Source of the DNA: a virus
Virus record (IMG/VR): IMGVR_UViG_3300025117_000005
Span: 12,275 to 76,274 of that record
Reading direction: 5' to 3' (one strand)
Length of the DNA stretch: 64,000 bases
The first letter of the stretch is position 1, and every line of letters begins with the position of its first letter. The translations under genes and the position numbers were made by a program. Shown in pieces: positions 58,271 through 64,000 of the stretch. The notes beneath the pieces are model-generated. The model did no database searches. It was given only the letters and a program-made list of their open reading frames with translations, and was not told where the DNA came from.

Positions 58271-58765
58271 TTGGAGAGACCGGATGTAATCAAAGGGAGT
58301 ACCCGTAAAATCAAGACGGGATGTGGAAATCTATACGTGACCATCAACGCAAACGAAAAAGGAGAACTCTACGAAGCCTTTGTCAGACTTGGGAAAACGG
58401 GCGGCTGTGCAGCCTCACAGTCAGAAGCAATGGGCAGGCTTTTGACGATGCTACTGAGGCTGAAAGCTCCGCTGGATGAAATAGTCAAGCAAATGCGAGG
58501 TATCGCCTGTCATCAACCATATGGGCTTGGACAGAGCAAGGTTTCATCCTGCGCCGACGCTCTCGGTAAGGCGCTCCAACTCCATCACAGAAAGGAGGGG
58601 CATAAGACACATGAGATGAAGGCAGATCCGGGTGAGCCTCCCGTGTCCACACTGCCCGTTGGGGAACGGGACCGACCGACACAAGGGGCTTGCCCGGATT
58701 GCGGTGGGCCTATCCGCATGGAAGAGGGCTGCAAAAAATGTGTCTGCGGCTGGACGGAGTGCTAA
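58271..58765 (+). CDS. Stand-alone TSCPD domain (class II RNR C-terminal, NrdJb-like) with zinc ribbon
   Basis: RP.VI.G.T.KIKTGCGNLYVTIN...GKTGGCAASQSEA.GRL...SSCADA...CPDCG.....EEGC..C..CGW. Confidence 0.85.
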   Translation: MERPDVIKGSTRKIKTGCGNLYVTINANEKGELYEAFVRLGKTGGCAASQSEAMGRLLTMLLRLKAPLDEIVKQMRGIACHQPYGLGQSKVSSCADALGKALQLHHRKEGHKTHEMKADPGEPPVSTLPVGERDRPTQGACPDCGGPIRMEEGCKKCVCGWTEC

Positions 58766-58775
58766 GGGAGAAACC

Positions 58776-59033
58776 ATGAAAACTTTTACATCAATAGAAG
58801 AGAGGGATTTGGAGAAATTTGAGAAGTGGCACGATAGGGAATACCCAGAGCCGCTTTGTGATTTAAATGCTCTGCCCTGGCAATCTTATGAGCATGCCTT
58901 TTGGAGCAGGAAGAAGAAGGCGAGACAGGTTGCCTGGCTCGAATCCCGGAAGGAGTTGAGGGAGGAATTGGGGGAGGAATTGGGGAAACGGATTAAACTA
59001 TTGGAGGATAAATTAGAAGTGGAGGACTTATGA
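58776..59033 (+). CDS. Hypothetical protein
   Basis: SD plus ATG MKTFTS. Confidence 0.5.
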   Translation: MKTFTSIEERDLEKFEKWHDREYPEPLCDLNALPWQSYEHAFWSRKKKARQVAWLESRKELREELGEELGKRIKLLEDKLEVEDL

Positions 59034-59224
59034 ATTTCGATGAAATGAAACAAGCCGTGTTTGATGCGCAAAGAACACTTGCGAAGTCTGATCAAGTCGT
59101 GGGTGAGATCTCTCGTATGGTGATGGGGCGTTTGAAGGTAAGCGGCATCTCAAGTTACATCCTGGCAGCACTCAAGCGGGAACTGAGAGACTTCAACATT
59201 CATACACACACCTGGAAAAAATGA
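59030..59224 (+). CDS. Hypothetical protein
   Basis: L..LKRELRDFNIHT..W. Confidence 0.65.
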   Translation: MNFDEMKQAVFDAQRTLAKSDQVVGEISRMVMGRLKVSGISSYILAALKRELRDFNIHTHTWKK

Positions 59225-59253
59225 TTGACTTTTCACTCCTATGCAGATAATAT
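59225..59253 (+). promoter_or_regulatory. Promoter overlapping xis start (lambda pI-like)
   Basis: TTGACT-17-TAATAT straddling ATG 59241. Confidence 0.5.
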
Positions 59254-59540
59254 CAGTCAGAACACTGTCCGAACTCTTGAAGGTGTCCGAGGCGACCATC
59301 TACGCCAACTGGAAGCAACTGGGAGGCGTGAAGATCGGTGGCTGTATCCGCTTCGATAAAGACCTCATCCATGAGCGTTTTCTCCAAAAAGACCAAGAAG
59401 GGAATCCACTGGTACTACCAGGTGATGAAGCAGGGGGTGTACCACCGTGGAGGGGGGTACGAGTCGAAACGGGACGCCGAACTCGCGCAGGCCGACGAGC
59501 GCCGAGCTCCCGCCCCCCGTCCAGACATGGATTGTGGTGA
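59241..59540 (+). CDS. xis: Excisionase-like HTH_17 protein
   Basis: V..LSELLKVSEATIY...GVKIGGCIRF; overlaps int by 170 nt. Confidence 0.8.
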   Translation: MQIISVRTLSELLKVSEATIYANWKQLGGVKIGGCIRFDKDLIHERFLQKDQEGNPLVLPGDEAGGVPPWRGVRVETGRRTRAGRRAPSSRPPSRHGLW

Positions 59541-60474
59541 TCTCTTTGATAAATATCTGGACTATATTCAGGCCCGCAACCAGTCCGAACGATGGTACGG
59601 GGAAAAGAAGGATTTCATCAAGGATCATCTGGCCGGATGGTATCGCAGACCACCGGAGTCGATCACCTCCCATGAGATAGAAGACCTCATCCTACAGAAA
59701 GCCAAGACCTCACCGTACATGGCAAATAAGTGGCTCAAGTTCATGAAGGCAATCTTTAATTTCGCGGTAGATCGAGAGATCATAGACCGGAACCCCTGTA
59801 ATACGGTTAAAAAGGTCCAGGTTGCACAGCGGGCCAAAACCATCCCAACACCGGAAGACCTGAACAAGATTCTGTCCAAGGCAAAACCGATAGACCAGAA
59901 GTACCTGACACTAACTTTCATTCTTGCAGCGCGGCCCGGGGAGGTTCTAGACCTGAAGTGGTCAGATATCCAAGGTGACACGATTATCCTCCGGACCAGG
60001 AAACACATTGATGGAGGTCTCAGAGAGGACAGGCTGAGATTATCCCCCCTTGCCCAGGCCGTCATAGCCGAACTGCGAAGGATGACTGGGGATGACCGGG
60101 AATATGTGTTTCTCAACAAACGTACACGCAAAAGGTATCTGAGGAGGCCCAAATTGCTGCCAGGACTCTGTAGGGCAGCAGGGGTGCCCCGATATACGCT
60201 TTCGTCCCTTAGAACCCTTGCAGCTTCAGTGTTAAGCGATGAGGGGGTGCCGTTGGCAAGCATTCAGGAGAAGCTGAGGCACCAGAAGGTAACTACGACT
60301 GATCACTACGTTCGCGGATTAGAGAAAGGAAGAGGGGTTGCCGAGGCTGTTCTTGATGGGGTTGTTAATCAACAATCTATTATCGAACATTCGACAAAAT
60401 TCTCCAAAAAGCATCAAAAACGGGCTAAAACTACAGAAAATGTCGGAACGTGGCAGGATATTACGTGTGCTTAA
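59371..60474 (+). CDS. int: Tyrosine integrase with N-terminal arm-binding domain
   Basis: Probable start MSVFSKK; AARPGEV, RTRK, SSLRT (degenerate HxxR), LRH...TTTDHY; adjacent attP. Confidence 0.92.
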   Translation: MSVFSKKTKKGIHWYYQVMKQGVYHRGGGYESKRDAELAQADERRAPAPRPDMDCGDLFDKYLDYIQARNQSERWYGEKKDFIKDHLAGWYRRPPESITSHEIEDLILQKAKTSPYMANKWLKFMKAIFNFAVDREIIDRNPCNTVKKVQVAQRAKTIPTPEDLNKILSKAKPIDQKYLTLTFILAARPGEVLDLKWSDIQGDTIILRTRKHIDGGLREDRLRLSPLAQAVIAELRRMTGDDREYVFLNKRTRKRYLRRPKLLPGLCRAAGVPRYTLSSLRTLAASVLSDEGVPLASIQEKLRHQKVTTTDHYVRGLEKGRGVAEAVLDGVVNQQSIIEHSTKFSKKHQKRAKTTENVGTWQDITCA

Positions 60475-60535
60475 CATTGCGTTATTGCTTATCAATACAG
60501 TGATCTAACATCAACAAGATCACGAGACCCGCGTT

Positions 60536-60580
60536 TTCCCAAGCCGAGGGTCGCGGGTTCGAATCCCGTTGCCCGCTCCA
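60536..60580 (+). mobile_element. attP core: 3' half of tRNA-Gly(CCC)
   Basis: TTCCCAA anticodon loop, GCCGA, GCGGG-TTCGAAT-CCCGT T arm, TGCCCGC-T-CCA; 5' half absent; phage genes on both sides. Confidence 0.9.
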
Positions 60581-60584
60581 TTAC

Positions 60585-61112
60585 TTAGACGGTTTCACCT
60601 TGTTCTTGATTTGACGGAATTTCGATAATTTTTTGAACCTGAATAGGTTTTCCCAAGTAAAGGGCCGCCCGTAACAAGAGATCCAGCTTATCCTGAAAGT
60701 TCCCCAAACCCGTATTGCACTTATGACATAGTAACCCCCGAATACGACCATTTCTCCTGTGACTATGGTCTACACTTAACCTCTGTCTGTTCGGAGGCTT
60801 TCCGCATATAGCACAGAGTCCGTGTTGTTCTGCCAATAAGGTTTCATACTGTTCGTTAGAAATTGAGTAACGTCTTTGAAGATGGCGCTCACTGTCCCGA
60901 TCTGGATGTTCCCTGTAATGCTGCTTACATCGTTCTCGGTTCCTTATAACATGTTCGGGAAGGTCTGGCATCGAGATATCACGACAAGCGAGTTCAGCGT
61001 TTTGTGCATCCTCCTTAGAGTCGAACCCGCCCCCACGATGGTATTTCCCTTTGACTATAAATTGATAATACCACCGTTCCCCCTTCTTCGTCTGCTTGGC
61101 GAAAACCGACAT
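60585..61112 (-). CDS. Endonuclease VII-family nuclease fused to an integrase-type arm-binding domain
   Basis: CAICG...LSVDHSH..GRIRGLLCHKCNTGLG.FQD; N-terminal 40 aa 25/40 identical to int N-terminus. Confidence 0.9.
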   Translation of the reverse strand: MSVFAKQTKKGERWYYQFIVKGKYHRGGGFDSKEDAQNAELACRDISMPDLPEHVIRNRERCKQHYREHPDRDSERHLQRRYSISNEQYETLLAEQHGLCAICGKPPNRQRLSVDHSHRRNGRIRGLLCHKCNTGLGNFQDKLDLLLRAALYLGKPIQVQKIIEIPSNQEQGETV

Positions 61113-61458
61113 CAGATTATCCTAATGGTTATTGATCGCCACTGTGGATTCCCCATATCATAAACCCCTCCTTGCCGATTCGTATTTCTCCGATCCGATC
61201 TATCTAACCCCCCACCCTTCCCGCCAAAGAAGGATTACTTCGTCTCCTCTGATTTTTCTCTATCGGCTTTTTATCAGATTGAGATGGATGCACATAGCTA
61301 AGATGTAATGGTCTCCCTCGGAAATCATAATAAGCCGGACTTCTTCCCCGCGTTCCTCTACCTCCCATAAGCCCTCCTTTCATCTAACCGTCACCCCTCC
61401 CCCAAGGGTCACTCCGATCCGATCAATTCCCCCACGTCACCTTAGCCCCACTTCGATA

Positions 61459-63243
61459 TTATGGATTAATCACGAAACTCCCCCCGGTTCCAAGCCCGAT
61501 TGACCCTCCAGGTCCAATAGTCATAACAGTGCCTGAAACTGACGCTGCAATGTTGAATGACCATTCCCCCATCGTGCTTTCGTTTGGTACGGCGTCCTGA
61601 CAAAGGATGTTATGGGAATAGGACGCATTACAGGCGAGGCTGACCACCTGAGAGTGTGAGGTCGTTCCCGTCGTACTCATTTCTGACATCCCTGCCCAAG
61701 TGGTTGCCGTGGCATGGTAACGACAAGTGGCGTTCTCATTTGTAGTGGCCTGGAGAGTCACATTACGAGGATCTGAGGTGCATCCCTGTGAACCCGAGGG
61801 GAGAAGACCCGAGACAATAGGCCCCCCACTATATTCTTCGGCCCCTATGTCAGGAGCGGCACCCAAAAGCACCTGAACCCCGTCTGATTTCTTGTAGAGC
61901 CACACTGAATCTCCATCATTCCTGGATATTCCAGCAGCTAACGTAATTGTATTAGTGCTGTAATCTATTGAAGAAATCTGAGCAGTATTCCCTATAGAGC
62001 CGACTGCTATCCAATCTGCACTTGCTCCGCCCCATCCAGGTTGAAAGAACTCGGCTTTACCAACAATTAGCGAAGTACCAGAACCCGTATCCGCCGCCGC
62101 AACGGTCGTAAGTGGGCCACCTGTATCAATTGCAGGAGAGCCAGCTTGGAGCGAAAAGTTGTTATTTAAGGGATCAATAAGGAGTGGATTTTGATTCTTT
62201 ACGGCTCCCACTTCGTTGGATGCCCCGCCGCTAAAGGTCATCGTTCCGCTTGCGCTGTAATAAAGATTATAACTCTGTGCGCCTCCTGTGCTGAAATAAA
62301 ACCCTCTCGCACCTGATGTTTTCATGGCTGTATCGTGTAAATTGTTGATGGCGCTTGAATTAGTAGAAGCGTTGAGAGCACAACTTGCATCCTCCCAAGT
62401 GAAAGTGCCTTCAGACAGGTAGCTGAATGTGTTGTTATAGACAACATTCCTAGTAGTTCCACTCGCCTGCTGATTAGCATCTATATAAACACCCAGTGAC
62501 CCTATGCTATGGACCTTATTATACCGGAATATCATACCAATTGGAGGAATGGCACAGGTACTCGTACCATTGACCAACGCAAAGTGCTCATTTCCGTTTC
62601 CAGTTATGTTTATAAATACATTATTTTCTATGAGTCCGTACTGTGCTGATTTTATGTCAACTGTTGGGCCTGAACAGAAGGATTGCCAAAAGTCCATATG
62701 CTCCGCACCGGATGCGGTCATCCCGATGGCAGTATTATTACGAATGGTCCATCTTATCCCAAACTGCCTTACAATATCATTCCCCCAGTTAGAAAAGGAA
62801 TTTCCTGAAATCAAGATATCATCGCCTTTCATACTCAAGGCAATACCGCTCCCACCACTCCCTGTAAACGTATTGTCCACAACCTGCAAATTGCTATGTG
62901 CAGCCCCTGAGTAGGTGCTTCCAGTGGTTATACCACCACCAGTGACCGCAAATCCCTGAATAACAATATAGTCGGCGGTTAGGGCAATGCTACTCGAAAG
63001 CGCAGGAGATTGCCCCGCTGCTGCTCGAATAGTAATAAAGTTTCCCGCCGTTCCACTCGTCGTTTGGGTCCAGCCGGAATACGTGCCGTTGTAGACCTCG
63101 CAGATGTCGCCTGCCGAGACTGCATTGGCGCAAGTACCCGGAGCAGAGTAATCCCCACCACTGGTCTTGACCGTGTAGGTAGCCCCAAAAGCCTGACTAT
63201 TGAATAGAATGCTAAAAAGACACAGTAAGATTAGTTTTTTCAT
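61459..63243 (-). CDS. Secreted right-handed parallel beta-helix protein (pectin-lyase-like, choice-of-anchor Q-like)
   Basis: Signal peptide MKKLILLCLFSILFNSQAFG; repeated I.NN.F units; FSLQAGSPAIDTG and APDIGA.EY. Confidence 0.85.
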   Translation of the reverse strand: MKKLILLCLFSILFNSQAFGATYTVKTSGGDYSAPGTCANAVSAGDICEVYNGTYSGWTQTTSGTAGNFITIRAAAGQSPALSSSIALTADYIVIQGFAVTGGGITTGSTYSGAAHSNLQVVDNTFTGSGGSGIALSMKGDDILISGNSFSNWGNDIVRQFGIRWTIRNNTAIGMTASGAEHMDFWQSFCSGPTVDIKSAQYGLIENNVFINITGNGNEHFALVNGTSTCAIPPIGMIFRYNKVHSIGSLGVYIDANQQASGTTRNVVYNNTFSYLSEGTFTWEDASCALNASTNSSAINNLHDTAMKTSGARGFYFSTGGAQSYNLYYSASGTMTFSGGASNEVGAVKNQNPLLIDPLNNNFSLQAGSPAIDTGGPLTTVAAADTGSGTSLIVGKAEFFQPGWGGASADWIAVGSIGNTAQISSIDYSTNTITLAAGISRNDGDSVWLYKKSDGVQVLLGAAPDIGAEEYSGGPIVSGLLPSGSQGCTSDPRNVTLQATTNENATCRYHATATTWAGMSEMSTTGTTSHSQVVSLACNASYSHNILCQDAVPNESTMGEWSFNIAASVSGTVMTIGPGGSIGLGTGGSFVINP

Positions 63244-63251
63244 GTTTTCCC

Positions 63252-64000
63252 CTACGGTGTACTCATGTAAACATAGCCGAATTCGATGTCAATGGCCTCT
63301 CCAGCTCCCATACTTCCTAGATTCCCCAAATGTAGATACTGACCATCCGTCCCTTCCGTTGTGGTAAAGGCGCACTCCCCTGCAACATCACAGTCTGTTC
63401 CAGGGGTATATTGGATGTACGAGTTCTCCGGCGTCGCGTCCGAGTGAATCAGCACTTCGTACCACGTTTCAAGGCTGATATTTTTGACAGTACTGTCTGT
63501 CGTAGAGTTGATGCGTATCTGATAGGTTCCGTTGTTGTTTCGGAACTCTAACCAGTAAACAACGTTAGTTGAAGGGTCAGTCCCATTGGACCATGTAAGC
63601 AATGCAGCATAGGAGTAGTTGTCCAGTGTGATCGAGTTGATCCTAAAGCTCAGGCCAACATCAAAGTTCACCTCGGACGTATCGATAGTGGATCCACGAT
63701 TCCATCTGGTCCTGGAGTTAGCCGCACTGTCGATAATGTTCAGCCCCTCGGTGCATGAGCCTGTGGGGGGAGTCCCAGTTAGTGTGGCGTCCTCATTGAC
63801 GGTTCCACCCGACCCTATAGTCTCAGTCCAGGTGTTTTCATATCCTGCGCCCAAGAAACCCTCGTTCAGTTCATCCCCGGTTGCCGGGGTGGAACAAGCT
63901 GGACTGCCTACCACGATTGCTCCAGCAACACCTTGAGTAGTCCTGGCCTCCTGCCATTGAGTAAAGGCAGGAGAAGCCAGTAACAAAAAGAATAAACAAA
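63252..64000 (-). CDS. Secreted beta-sandwich (lectin/LamG-like) protein, start outside window
   Basis: ...CLFFLLLASPAFTQ signal-like region at the edge; ISLETWYEV motif; acidic Thr/Gly-rich. Confidence 0.6.
   Translation of the reverse strand, partial: CLFFLLLASPAFTQWQEARTTQGVAGAIVVGSPACSTPATGDELNEGFLGAGYENTWTETIGSGGTVNEDATLTGTPPTGSCTEGLNIIDSAANSRTRWNRGSTIDTSEVNFDVGLSFRINSITLDNYSYAALLTWSNGTDPSTNVVYWLEFRNNNGTYQIRINSTTDSTVKNISLETWYEVLIHSDATPENSYIQYTPGTDCDVAGECAFTTTEGTDGQYLHLGNLGSMGAGEAIDIEFGYVYMSTP

Noticed and set aside
60536-60580. Functional tRNA-Gly gene
   Set aside because: 5' acceptor strand, D arm and 5' anticodon stem are missing; it is an att core.
1-64000. Alternative genetic code
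   Set aside because: Long genes are intact in code 11 and use all three stops; only one isolated in-frame UGA was noticed.
1-64000. Endolysin/spanin cassette
   Set aside because: No recognisable lysin in the window; it probably lies in the unseen part of the tail region.

Overview
The window is about 64 kb of a temperate, long-tailed (siphovirus-like) phage genome in its non-integrated form. An intact attP-type site (3' half of tRNA-Gly(CCC), 60536-60580) has phage genes on both sides, and the window cuts the tail module at both ends. Host-like genes (PxxKW Cys-rich protein, stand-alone TSCPD/NrdJb domain) suggest a Desulfobacterota/deltaproteobacterial host (inference). Layout: (1) minus strand 34.6 kb to 1: replication initiator with internal iterons, helicase, SSB, methyltransferases, lambda GpA-like terminase, portal, protease/scaffold, capsid, neck, tail tube, frameshifted tail chaperone, tape measure, tail tip; (2) 1.1 kb divergent non-coding region; (3) plus strand 36-46 kb block of small genes, a methylase-SNF2 helicase and a second tyrosine recombinase; (4) XRE repressor with divergent promoters; (5) plus strand early operon (RuvC, SMC-like ATPase, RecT, MBL nuclease, xis, int) interspersed with structured RNA-like elements; (6) attP, an Endonuclease VII gene and secreted beta-rich proteins. 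Top candidate for an undescribed system: the EndoVII nuclease facing the integrase across attP carries a near-copy (25/40 aa identical) of that integrase's N-terminal arm-binding domain, while the integrase lacks the His of its HxxR motif. Second: an anticodon-less tRNA mimic, an anti-Shine-Dalgarno sRNA candidate and other long-stem RNAs. All family calls come from motif recognition by eye; no database searches were run.
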